Notes: generated by a model from the letters alone, not told the origin. 64,000 nucleotides of DNA from an uncultured Candidatus Saccharibacteria bacterium (GCA_964586695.1 CAZPGQ010000002.1:6337-70336); one strand, 5' to 3'. Positions 10,810-21,333 are shown, numbered from the stretch's first letter. Made by a program: numbers and translations.

Positions 10810-12258
10810 CTAATAATTTACTCCAAGCTCTTGAGATTTATAGGTGTCTTTTAGCCAATTTACTAGAGATAGTGTATCTTCATCTTTTGAGGATGAGCCG
10901 AGAATAACTACAGCAACTTTTCTGTCTTTACCATTAATTGGAACATTAAATATACTGGTTGCAACCTGCTTTAAATCTTCTGTTTCTCCGTGTTGGGTCA
11001 TAAGCACAGACTGATCTAGCAAAGTAGAATTATTCGTCCAAGAATAACTTTTATGTGAAGAACTTTCATCTATTTTATAACTTTTAACTGTTGTTACCTT
11101 TGATAAATATGAATGTTTCCTATAAAAATAACTCACTAATCTAAACATATCACTAGCAGTAGAGACATTCTCAGGATTCTTACTAATCACATCAGAGAAC
11201 TTTGTATCTGACATTTTTAGTGCTTTTGCTTTTATATTCATAAGACCAATAAACATACTCTTTCCAGCAGAATGTGCGATAGAGTCCCCTGCTACATCCT
11301 TACCGCCAATAAGAAGAGGCCTAAGCATTTGAGTTATTGTAAGCACGTCACCTTTCTCCATATCATAATTTAGACCAGCATGATCGCCAGAAATGTTTAC
11401 AGGAACTTTGCGGTCATCTCGATATATTTCGTCAGATATAACGGCAGTCATAATATTTGCCAATGAAGAAATTGGCATTTTCTCTTTAGAAGACTTTTCA
11501 GCAAATACAAAACCTGTATCTATATCAGCTACTACATAAGAACTGGCATCAACCTCTGGAAAGACACTTATACTACTAAAGTCTTTGTGGAATGACTCTA
11601 CAATAGCAACTGTATCCTGACCTTTTTCTGGTTCAATAATAAATACAGGAGTCCCAATTTTTACAAAATCAAAAACAATCTTCGAATTTTCATTTGAAAG
11701 CCTAATACAACCACCAGAATCTCCATCTCTAATGTTAACCCCGTTTGCATAATGTGGCATACCATGTATAAAAAAGTTTCCAAAAAACTGCATGCTGTAC
11801 GGCATATAAATATTACCTATTGAAACAGGATGACTAACTTCTTTGGTTAATACTTTATATACACCGATAGGAGTTTCGTATCTTGACCCTTCTTTACCTT
11901 TTGCCAAAATATTCAACTCTTGTTCAATTTTTCCGTCATTAATAAGCTTGATCTTCATTTCTGTTAAGTCAGCAAAAACAGCCTTACCTTCTGTAGGAAT
12001 ATCTATACCAGTTCCATCAATGCTAATAACCCTCTTTGATATAGAAGAGTTAATTGCATCCAATCTTTCTTGCTCAGCTAATTGCTGTTGTAACTTTTCA
12101 AACTCTACACTCTTTGCTTCTTCTGCCAATCTCTGTTTCTCATACTGAACATCAATATTGTGACTGCATATTGATAAACCAAATGATCCGAGACTTAAAA
12201 CAAAAAAAAGACTAGTGATAATGATTATGAAAGTCTTTCTTTTATTCCATATTTCCAT
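10810..12258 (-). CDS. Membrane-anchored L,D-transpeptidase (YkuD) domain protein with C-terminal PBP5/D-Ala-D-Ala carboxypeptidase-like region
   Basis: N-terminal TM, coiled-coil. YkuD catalytic signature FFIHGMPHY...DSGGCIRLS. C-terminal region carries the PBP5-like block PISSLANIMTAVI (resembles PASLTKIMTA but with N in place of K). Confidence 0.6.
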   Translation of the reverse strand: MEIWNKRKTFIIIITSLFFVLSLGSFGLSICSHNIDVQYEKQRLAEEAKSVEFEKLQQQLAEQERLDAINSSISKRVISIDGTGIDIPTEGKAVFADLTEMKIKLINDGKIEQELNILAKGKEGSRYETPIGVYKVLTKEVSHPVSIGNIYMPYSMQFFGNFFIHGMPHYANGVNIRDGDSGGCIRLSNENSKIVFDFVKIGTPVFIIEPEKGQDTVAIVESFHKDFSSISVFPEVDASSYVVADIDTGFVFAEKSSKEKMPISSLANIMTAVISDEIYRDDRKVPVNISGDHAGLNYDMEKGDVLTITQMLRPLLIGGKDVAGDSIAHSAGKSMFIGLMNIKAKALKMSDTKFSDVISKNPENVSTASDMFRLVSYFYRKHSYLSKVTTVKSYKIDESSSHKSYSWTNNSTLLDQSVLMTQHGETEDLKQVATSIFNVPINGKDRKVAVVILGSSSKDEDTLSLVNWLKDTYKSQELGVNY

Positions 12259-12320
12259 GTGTAAAAAATACTTTACTATGAAAAACCAGATTTGTCTAAT
12301 ATATTTTAGTATGGTAATTA

Positions 12321-12722
12321 TTAAAATGGAGACTGAGATTGGCTTAAATAGTTACAGATTGGTAAAAAAAGTGGTTGAGGTAATTTATCCCATTCGAACC
12401 AATCCCAAGATTCACATTTATTTGGTTCTTTGATTTCTGGCTCGCCACTATCATAGTCAGCAATAACAAATAGTGTGATGAAATGTTTACCTTCTTCCTT
12501 AAACATATCATTTGTGTAAATACTGTTCTTTAGATTTTTTATTTTCAAACCGGTCTCTTCCTCAACCTCACGCATCGCGCATTCTTCTGGTGTTTCCCAT
12601 AAATCTAATTTTCCACCAGGAAAACTCCATGTACCCGCGCCATGAGCCCCTTTTCTTTTACCAAGTAGAACCTTGTTACCTCTACGAATTATTACTCCAA
12701 CACCAATTCCAGGTTTTTCCAT
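12321..12722 (-). CDS. NUDIX hydrolase
   Basis: Nudix box GGKLDLWETPEECAMREVEEETGL. Confidence 0.8.
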   Translation of the reverse strand: MEKPGIGVGVIIRRGNKVLLGKRKGAHGAGTWSFPGGKLDLWETPEECAMREVEEETGLKIKNLKNSIYTNDMFKEEGKHFITLFVIADYDSGEPEIKEPNKCESWDWFEWDKLPQPLFLPICNYLSQSQSPF

Positions 12723-12727
12723 ATTGA

Positions 12728-13138
12728 TTATATTATTTTAATAAAATCTAATACTTTTGATTTTATTATATCCCTCAAGTTATTGTAAAATTCTTGACCA
12801 TCACCTACTGCACCCGACACATCCCATGTTTCCAGTTTGTTTGAATTCTTTAAATATTCAGGTAATTCGTCAAAAGAAATTAAGGACACTATTCTGTCTG
12901 AATTATAGACTGGATCAGGTGTAAGTTGATTTCTGACTTTTTTAGTAACATCTATACCCTCTTCAGTCATTGTATTTACTAATTTAGTATCAATTTCTGA
13001 AACCAACTGATTTTCATTTTGAACAGGAACATCTGTCCCAGCACTAAATGCAGTATGTTCTGAATTAAAATGTGAAAATAATGCTTCCGCCATCTGGCTC
13101 CTTCCAATATTTGATTTACACACAAACAGTATTTTCAT
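12728..13138 (-). CDS. Low-molecular-weight protein tyrosine phosphatase / ArsC-type arsenate reductase family protein
   Basis: P-loop ILFVCKSNIGRSQMAEA (C-X5-R-S) at the N-terminus. Confidence 0.7.
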   Translation of the reverse strand: MKILFVCKSNIGRSQMAEALFSHFNSEHTAFSAGTDVPVQNENQLVSEIDTKLVNTMTEEGIDVTKKVRNQLTPDPVYNSDRIVSLISFDELPEYLKNSNKLETWDVSGAVGDGQEFYNNLRDIIKSKVLDFIKII

Positions 13139-13147
13139 AATAAAATA

Positions 13148-13612
13148 CTATTTTAATGATGGAATTTTACCATTCATCATTATTTCCCATGAAGTAAATC
13201 CTTCTCCAAAAAGGCCACCAAATGTTCTAAACATGTCCGCAATATAAGTTACAGTAAATAGTATTATCAATATAAACATTATTTTCTTAATCCCTGAAAT
13301 TTTTGCTTTACTTCCTAGAAAAATTATCAACCCCATTAAACCCAAAGCTACCATATTTCCAATAAGATAATTTGGAAGTATGCTGGATACCAAAGAAAGT
13401 AGTCCAACTGGGGTAAATAAACCAAAAAATCCTGCAATGTGACCACCGGTAGACCCAACAAAACTGTCATTCAAATACTGATTATACAAAAGTATATAAA
13501 TCAAAGTTATTGAAAGCCACCATATTAACAATTCTTTACCGAAACTATCTTTAAACTTTACATTCATACTCTTTGCAAATACTTCTTCCTGGTTTAGATC
13601 ATAATTATTCAT
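13148..13612 (-). CDS. Polytopic membrane protein, function unknown
   Basis: 154 aa with about 4 hydrophobic helices. Confidence 0.5.
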   Translation of the reverse strand: MNNYDLNQEEVFAKSMNVKFKDSFGKELLIWWLSITLIYILLYNQYLNDSFVGSTGGHIAGFFGLFTPVGLLSLVSSILPNYLIGNMVALGLMGLIIFLGSKAKISGIKKIMFILIILFTVTYIADMFRTFGGLFGEGFTSWEIMMNGKIPSLK

Positions 13613-13733
13613 TTATAAATTATACCAAGTTAGAATTTAAAAGTCCTTATTTTAGGTGCTTTTATTTCAGCGTGACCTAATGGATGATGTTAGAACTAGT
13701 TTTGAAAGGATAAATGATGCAACAATCGTATTA

Positions 13734-14309
13734 CTACTGATTAGAAACTAATCTAAATGTTGAGAGAGCCTTTTTAAAGTTTTCTAATCTTTGGTCTGAA
13801 ATTACACAATAGTCATTTTTACCAGTCATTCCTGTATCTATAGAGTCACAACTCAACGAGAAGAAAACTGATTTACCATTTAACAAATTAGTGCTTGCAA
13901 CTACATTTCCACTCATTGAATATTGAACGACTATATTTTTACCATTTGCTAAAATATTACTACATCTAGTATCTACACTTTCAATACAAGTCAGCGAATT
14001 TTTAGAATCTTTTAACTGAATTGAAATAATTTTTTGACCAACATTATTTTGAAAATTATCTAATTTGTTTAACACCTCAACCCTTTCTTTGCTATATATA
14101 AATTCAAACCCATACTCACTATTTGTATATATTTCTGGTATACCATGCTTATCTATATCCTTCTGCATTCTGGCAATATCACTTTTTGTGGTTACTGGCC
14201 CACCCAAATAAGAGAGCAGGAAAGCAGCCATTAATACGATAATTATTAATGCACTTAAAACCAGAAAAATAATTTCGATTGCTTTTTTCATATACCAAAA
14301 TTCTACCAC
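13734..14309 (-). CDS. Membrane-anchored secreted protein with 4 Cys, function unknown. Likely start MKKAIEII at 14291.
   Basis: N-terminal TM anchor. Shares the Y-x-N-x-EYGFEF-x-Y motif with ORFs at 49076 and 51010. Confidence 0.5.
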   Translation of the reverse strand: MVEFWYMKKAIEIIFLVLSALIIIVLMAAFLLSYLGGPVTTKSDIARMQKDIDKHGIPEIYTNSEYGFEFIYSKERVEVLNKLDNFQNNVGQKIISIQLKDSKNSLTCIESVDTRCSNILANGKNIVVQYSMSGNVVASTNLLNGKSVFFSLSCDSIDTGMTGKNDYCVISDQRLENFKKALSTFRLVSNQ

Positions 14310-14364
14310 AGTTCTAATTCACTACACCCGTGTTTTGTGGCTAATTTATTTAGTGAAAAAGTTG

Positions 14365-14439
14365 CGCGGTCGACCGGACTTGAACCGGCAGCCTCTCCCG
14401 TGACAGGGGAGTGCTCTAACCAAATTGAGCTACGACCGC
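14365..14439 (-). tRNA. tRNA-Asp (anticodon GUC)
   Basis: Minus strand: acceptor gcggtcg/cgaccgc, anticodon stem ctccc/gggag, loop ctGTCac, T arm ccgg-ttcaagt-ccgg. Confidence 0.75.
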
Positions 14440-14530
14440 ATATATGCGAACAGATAAAACTGTAGCAGATTTTTAAGCTGAAATCAATTTATAAAAATAA
14501 GGATCAGTCCCCTATTTAAAGTGCACAAGA

Positions 14531-14557
14531 TTACGTCTTGTGTCGAGGGTGGGTTAC
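14531..14557 (-). repeat. Direct repeat of the last about 27 nt (T-arm 3' side + acceptor 3' strand + trailer) of the tRNA(CAU) gene at 14700-14772
   Basis: cgtcttgtgtcgagggtgggttac at 14533-14557 matches cgtttgtgtcgagggtgggttac at 14697-14720. The intervening about 140 bp is GC-rich with multiple hairpins (gcgac..gtcgc, cctggtc-tact-gaccagg, gaaagccg-taaca-cggctttc). Confidence 0.7.
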
Positions 14558-14699
14558 TTCCGCGACTATTTTTTCGCCGTCGCTCAAAAATGTCGTGTCC
14601 GCGACTCGCGACCTGGTCTACTGACCAGGTGCCCGCTCCGTCCATCGAACCCACACGAAAGCCGTAACACGGCTTTCTCCTCGCACAAAACTACGTTTG

Positions 14700-14772
14700 T
14701 GTCGAGGGTGGGTTACGATCCCACTGCCTTGGGCTTATGAGTCCCACGCTCTACCAATTGAGCTACCCCGAC
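14700..14772 (-). tRNA. tRNA with CAU anticodon (elongator Met or Ile2/lysidine type)
   Basis: Minus strand: G1-C72 acceptor gtcgggg/cctcgac, D arm gctc/gagc, loop ctCATaa (A31-G39 mismatch noted), T arm gtggg-atcgtaa-cccac. Confidence 0.65.
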
Positions 14773-14817
14773 AATCCATAAAATATAGCAGAAAATTGCA
14801 TAAAAACAAATATGTGC

Positions 14818-14846
14818 TTGCAAAGTGCTAAAAACAGTTGTAGAAT
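14818..14846 (+). promoter_or_regulatory. Sigma70-like promoter for the plus-strand tRNA (TTGCAA-17 nt-TAGAAT)
   Basis: ttgcaa at 14818-14823, 17-nt spacer, tagaat at 14841-14846, about 7 nt upstream of the tRNA 5' end. Confidence 0.5.
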
Positions 14847-14853
14847 GACCTGT

Positions 14854-14924
14854 AGCGGGATGGAGAAGCAGTATCTCGGTAGGCTCATAACCTGCAGACC
14901 CAGGTGCAAGTCCTGGTCCCGCAA
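14854..14924 (+). tRNA. tRNA-Met (anticodon CAU) with initiator-like features
   Basis: Acceptor agcggga/tcccgca with unpaired 1-72 (A-A). A11:U24 in D stem (gaga/tctc). Anticodon stem gtagg/cctgc, loop ctCATaa. T arm ccagg-tgcaagt-cctgg. Confidence 0.6.
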
Positions 14925-14925
14925 C

Positions 14926-14972
14926 AAGTATGAAAAAAGAACCCTTATGGGTTCTTTTTTCATACTTGTTGC
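14926..14972. terminator. Perfect 21-bp-arm palindrome (bidirectional terminator candidate)
   Basis: acaagtatgaaaaaagaaccc-ttat-gggttcttttttcatacttgt lies between the 3' end of the plus tRNA and the 3' end of minus gene 15115-16053. Confidence 0.6.
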
Positions 14973-15114
14973 GGACAGACATAGTGCCGAGCACTATGTC
15001 GTCAGGACTTGCAAGGCGGAGCGGGCACACACTCACCAGAGTGGGTCGAGAGCCGGGGAGGCGGAAATTTTGTTGCAACAAAATTATCCGTCGACGATGT
15101 CCTGGTCCAATTTT

Positions 15115-16053
15115 TTATATTATTTGAAATTCCTCAAACACATTCCTATAAAGGCCAATTACAATCTTTGCCTCTCTTTGATTTAAAATAAAACCTTCTC
15201 CATCATGACTTATTCTATTTCTTACTTTGTGTGCCTCCCAAGCATCATCTAGAGTTCTAAAATCACTTTTTTCTACAACCTTCAACTTGTCCCCTATTGT
15301 GTCGCCAGGCAAAGATAATTTATCCAAAAGATCACCTAACATTATATCTGCCTCAATAATAGCTATCTTCCAATCATTTTCGTTTAGTGAATCTGCGCTT
15401 GCCTCTATTCTTTGCCATTTTGGATTGTTAACTCTTTCTTCCTCTACGCTAACTGGATATAGCAACACTCTTTCATTTTCCAAAATTGGTTTTATTTTAA
15501 AATCTAGATAAAGAATATACAGGAAACACAATATACAAAATATTATTATTAATATCTTTATCAAACCGATCATTGAGAATAACCATATCAAGGTTTTCTC
15601 TAAAGCATTTGGTTCAGTATCTACATATGCAATATTGTTTTCATCTACCCAACCATCCACCCCAGAATCGTAGTCCACATACCAATATTTTTTACCACCT
15701 ATTTCGACTGGTCCCTGAAGTATCTTTCCCCTTGCACCCATTCTATGACTACCGATTTTTTTACCGCCAGGGCTGTCATAAACATCAGCCTTATTCATAT
15801 TTATAACACCTACGCCTATAGCATTCTGAAGTGAGGCTATAGGTCGCGTATGAGCCAACAAAATACTCTTTCCATCAATAAAACCCTTGAGTCCGGCAGA
15901 AAACCACCTATTTGAATTTATCTTAGAAGTAACCGAATTAAAGATAGCAGAAAAAATTATGAGAGCAATAATAAGAGTTGCTATTTCAGCAAACACTGTC
16001 GCTTTATCATTCTTAACTTCTGGTTTTGCTTCTGGTTTTTTTTCGTCTGCCAT
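15115..16053 (-). CDS. Two-TM membrane protein with periplasmic/extracellular SH3b-like domain and C-terminal HEPN-like (R-x4-H) cytoplasmic domain
   Basis: TM1 FAEIATLIIALIIFSAIF. SH3b-like MNKADVYDSPGGKKIGSHRMGARGKILQGPVEIGGKKYWYVDYDSGVDGWV. TM2 LIWLFSMIGLIKILIIIFCILCFLYILYL. C-terminal about 120 aa alpha-rich with AWEAHKVRNRISHDGEG. Confidence 0.55.
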   Translation of the reverse strand: MADEKKPEAKPEVKNDKATVFAEIATLIIALIIFSAIFNSVTSKINSNRWFSAGLKGFIDGKSILLAHTRPIASLQNAIGVGVINMNKADVYDSPGGKKIGSHRMGARGKILQGPVEIGGKKYWYVDYDSGVDGWVDENNIAYVDTEPNALEKTLIWLFSMIGLIKILIIIFCILCFLYILYLDFKIKPILENERVLLYPVSVEEERVNNPKWQRIEASADSLNENDWKIAIIEADIMLGDLLDKLSLPGDTIGDKLKVVEKSDFRTLDDAWEAHKVRNRISHDGEGFILNQREAKIVIGLYRNVFEEFQII

Positions 16054-16095
16054 ATGTAACTATTATACATCAGAAAAAAACTTAACTGTAGAACT

Positions 16096-17520
16096 TTATT
16101 CATTCAAAAACTTTTTACCAATTTCAAAAAGGATATCCTCGCAGTTATGTGGAGCCATAATTTGTAAACCTAGTGGTAATTTTACACCTAGTGATTCAAC
16201 TTCACCATTTGGGATAGAAATGGCTGGAATGCCTACAATATTTGCCGGTACTGTAAAAACATCTTCCAAATATAGTGATAATGGATCGTTAATTTTTTCT
16301 CCAATCTTGAATGCAGGACCAGGAGTTGTTGGAGTTATTATTGCATCAACTTCAGAAAAAGCTTTCTTAAAATCTTCAGAAATTTTCTGTCTTAAAATTA
16401 AAGCTTTATTGTAATAAGCATCATGATATCCAGCAGAAAGAACATATGTACCAATAAGAATTCTTCTTCTAGCTTCTGGACCAAAGCCTTGACCTCTAGT
16501 TTTTAAATAATCCTGCAAAAGATTGTCCCCATCAACATGGAGACCAAATTTTACTCCATCAAACCTAGAGAGATTGGATGAGACTTCTGCTGGCATAATA
16601 ATATAATATACAGCAAGTGAATACTCGATATTAGGAAGTTTGATATCTTTTATTTCATAGCCTAAATCTTTTAGTTTTTTAACCGCCTCTTCAAACTTAG
16701 ATTTTGATTCATCAGGAATTCCACCTTTTTCTAGAATATGATAAGGCACTCCAATAGTTAGACTATTTTCAATTTTTCTTTTCTCATATATATCATCACC
16801 AAAAGTTGTGCTATCAAAAGAATCTTTACCTTTTATTATGTTAAACAAAATCTCCGAATCAGTTACAGTCTTTGTAATAGGACCAATAACATCCAAAGAA
16901 GACCCCATGGCCATAAGCCCGTGTCTTGAAACAGAGCCGTATGTTGGTTTTAATCCTACAACTCCACAAAAAGATGATGGTTGCCTAACAGAGCCCCCAG
17001 TATCAGAACCAAGTGACGCCAAGGCGCCATTCATTGCCACAGCTGCTACTGAGCCACCGGAAGAACCCCCCGCAACACGAGAAGTATCTAGAGGATTTTT
17101 TGTTACACCAAAGGCTGAATTCTCTGTCGAACCACCCATAGCAAATTCATCCATATTTGCTCTTCCCAAAAACAAAGCTCCTGCTTCTTTTAACTTTTTA
17201 ATAACAGTTGCGTCATATGGAGACACAAAACCTTCTAAAATTTTTGATGCAGAGGTTGCTTTTTTACCATCAATTAAAATATTATCCTTTATTGCAAGCG
17301 GAACACCAAAAAGAGGTCCTATTTCCCCTTTTTCTATTTTTTCATCTAATTCCTGTGCCTGATCTATTACATCAGAATATACTTCTAGATAAGCATTGAT
17401 ATCAGAATTATTTTTTTTAATGTTTTCTAAATAAGCTTCTGCAAGCTCCTTTACAGTAAAGTCCTTTGACTTTAAATGCTTATTTAGATCTTTAATTGTT
17501 AACTTTGAAATATCAATCAT
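16096..17520 (-). CDS. gatA: Glutamyl-tRNA(Gln) amidotransferase subunit A
   Basis: Amidase signature GGSSGGSVAAVA...GSDTGGSVRQP. 474 aa. Confidence 0.9.
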   Translation of the reverse strand: MIDISKLTIKDLNKHLKSKDFTVKELAEAYLENIKKNNSDINAYLEVYSDVIDQAQELDEKIEKGEIGPLFGVPLAIKDNILIDGKKATSASKILEGFVSPYDATVIKKLKEAGALFLGRANMDEFAMGGSTENSAFGVTKNPLDTSRVAGGSSGGSVAAVAMNGALASLGSDTGGSVRQPSSFCGVVGLKPTYGSVSRHGLMAMGSSLDVIGPITKTVTDSEILFNIIKGKDSFDSTTFGDDIYEKRKIENSLTIGVPYHILEKGGIPDESKSKFEEAVKKLKDLGYEIKDIKLPNIEYSLAVYYIIMPAEVSSNLSRFDGVKFGLHVDGDNLLQDYLKTRGQGFGPEARRRILIGTYVLSAGYHDAYYNKALILRQKISEDFKKAFSEVDAIITPTTPGPAFKIGEKINDPLSLYLEDVFTVPANIVGIPAISIPNGEVESLGVKLPLGLQIMAPHNCEDILFEIGKKFLNE

Positions 17521-17795
17521 AAAATTTTCTTAACTTTAAGGTACCTGCCTTCTCTAGATGGTGCATTATTTAAAAGTTTTTCAGTATACTCATCTGAATT
17601 ATTAGTTATAACATCATCCCTCATGACATTTCTTAATTTTGAGACGTCAGCTTTTGCATCTCCAGTAGAATTCTGTATCTGTCCGACATAGCCCAAAATT
17701 GAGTCTATTTGTGATGTTAGACCCTCAGCCTCTTCGTCAGATACCTCTATACGGGCAAGATCAGCAAGTTTCTTTATTTCGTCTTTTGTAATCAT
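17517..17795 (-). CDS. gatC: Asp/Glu-tRNA amidotransferase subunit C
   Basis: 92 aa. IDSILGYVGQIQ motif. 4-nt overlap with gatA. Confidence 0.8.
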   Translation of the reverse strand: MITKDEIKKLADLARIEVSDEEAEGLTSQIDSILGYVGQIQNSTGDAKADVSKLRNVMRDDVITNNSDEYTEKLLNNAPSREGRYLKVKKIL

Positions 17796-17800
17796 AGTAT

Positions 17801-19831
<2,031 letters not shown>

Positions 19832-19842
19832 TTAAATTAGCA

Positions 19843-20754
19843 CTACCAAGTAGCCGTTACGGCAGAATTTGAACTAACTTGCCACGACCATGTTGGTCTC
19901 TGAGGATCATAAAATGGATCAGAAACAGAATAGCCACTTTCTGAACTACAATGAGAAATTAATTTATAGTTAACACCATCTGATTTATATAAATAAGCAT
20001 TATGCCAAGTACTAGGAAGACATATGGCCACCTTCGTTATCTCGACCCCCCTTGGGTCGTGTGGATATGTTGGCATAAAATTCGGAGCCAAGCCAGGTAT
20101 CCAATCCGGGGTAGAATACCACAGATCACCAACTTCAGAACTCTTCCACACCATACTAGTGTTTGGGTACGTACCATTTGCACTTTTATAAGCTTCTATT
20201 GCAGACTGAAGTTTTAACAATGTAGCTTTTCTTATTGAATCATTATCCTGCTTGTTTTCATATGTAATTGAAACCCCCCTTTCGTATCTTCTTGGTGATG
20301 TTGTATCACAAGTGTTATACCCCCTAGAGTCTATTGTTGTATAACCATTAGCTTTCTTTGTTACAGTTACAATGGCACAACCTTTTGTATAGGTTAGATA
20401 AAAAGTACTTGTTGCATTTGCAATTCCTCCACCACCAATAACACTACTCTGTGTTGGATTAGTAGGGACAGTTTGTAAACCAGTCTTTATAGTCTGGAAA
20501 TTACAAAAAATAGTTCCTGGTGTTGCTGTAGCAAAAGGGCTTAAATCTGCACTGCTTAAGTCCCAATGTTTTGCACACTCCAGACCACTGTCCGCCGCAA
20601 AAAACGCATATTGTGACTCTTCATTAGAGGTTGCAAGTTTTAATTGCTTTACAGCAACATCACTTAGCATAAAACCTATAACCAAAAGCATGGATGTAAC
20701 TACAACTGCAACTACCAATGTAAAACCTTTGTTTTTTTTCATTTTACTGACCAT
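19843..20754 (-). CDS. Pilin-like protein with non-canonical prepilin leader (KGFTLVVAVVV, no Glu5). Probable minor pilin / pilus-tip component.
   Basis: N-terminal KKNKGFTLVV hydrophobic helix. Cys-rich 303 aa. First gene of the pseudopilin run. Confidence 0.5.
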   Translation of the reverse strand: MVSKMKKNKGFTLVVAVVVTSMLLVIGFMLSDVAVKQLKLATSNEESQYAFFAADSGLECAKHWDLSSADLSPFATATPGTIFCNFQTIKTGLQTVPTNPTQSSVIGGGGIANATSTFYLTYTKGCAIVTVTKKANGYTTIDSRGYNTCDTTSPRRYERGVSITYENKQDNDSIRKATLLKLQSAIEAYKSANGTYPNTSMVWKSSEVGDLWYSTPDWIPGLAPNFMPTYPHDPRGVEITKVAICLPSTWHNAYLYKSDGVNYKLISHCSSESGYSVSDPFYDPQRPTWSWQVSSNSAVTATW

Positions 20755-21328
20755 TAAATAATGATTCTTTTATCTGAAATGATTTTGCTAAATTACCAGT
20801 ATTCCAACTCATTGTAACAATTATTTCAACTTCTGTTGAAGATATTGGTGAAATTTGTACTTCTCTTTTAAAATTAGATGACGTCCAACTTGCTCCAGAT
20901 GTATAACTAAATGCTCCAGTTGTAGAATTCTGTTTTAGATTTTGACACGTTCCAAAACCTCCGGCACAATTTGCAACAGTTTTTGTATAAACGTCTACAG
21001 TACAAGTCTTTTGTGATACACCAGTTCCTCCATACCAACATGCGTCAGATGTGACCTCTGATAATCCATGTAGCCAATTCACCATTGAACATGAGCCTGT
21101 TGAGATACAATATGTATCATTGAGTGCATTTTCATCTTTTAAATTTTTAATAAACTCTACAGCTTCTTGAGCCAGATAAAATGCGGTTACCTGATCTTTT
21201 ACAATAAGAGAACTTTTTAAGCTACCCTGCACAGCAGTAAATGTTGCCAATATAGAAACAGTCAAAATACTTATAGCCACCAGAGACTCAACTATCGTAA
21301 AACCTTTGTTGTTTTTTAAAATTTTCAT
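20744..21328 (-). CDS. Type IV pseudopilin / minor pilin
   Basis: Prepilin cleavage/methylation motif NKGFTIVESLVAISIL. Confidence 0.7.
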   Translation of the reverse strand: MKILKNNKGFTIVESLVAISILTVSILATFTAVQGSLKSSLIVKDQVTAFYLAQEAVEFIKNLKDENALNDTYCISTGSCSMVNWLHGLSEVTSDACWYGGTGVSQKTCTVDVYTKTVANCAGGFGTCQNLKQNSTTGAFSYTSGASWTSSNFKREVQISPISSTEVEIIVTMSWNTGNLAKSFQIKESLFNGQ

Positions 21329-21333
21329 AGATT

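Noticed and set aside
14540-15191. Overlapping short ORFs (14540-14740, 14713-15081, 14763-14963, 14812-15186, 14930-15127, 15009-15191)
   Set aside because: They cover tRNA genes, a 47-bp perfect palindrome and GC-rich hairpins. Mutually overlapping on both strands. Not coding.
16808-17362. Plus-strand 184-aa ORF inside gatA
   Set aside because: Antisense to a well-supported conserved gene.
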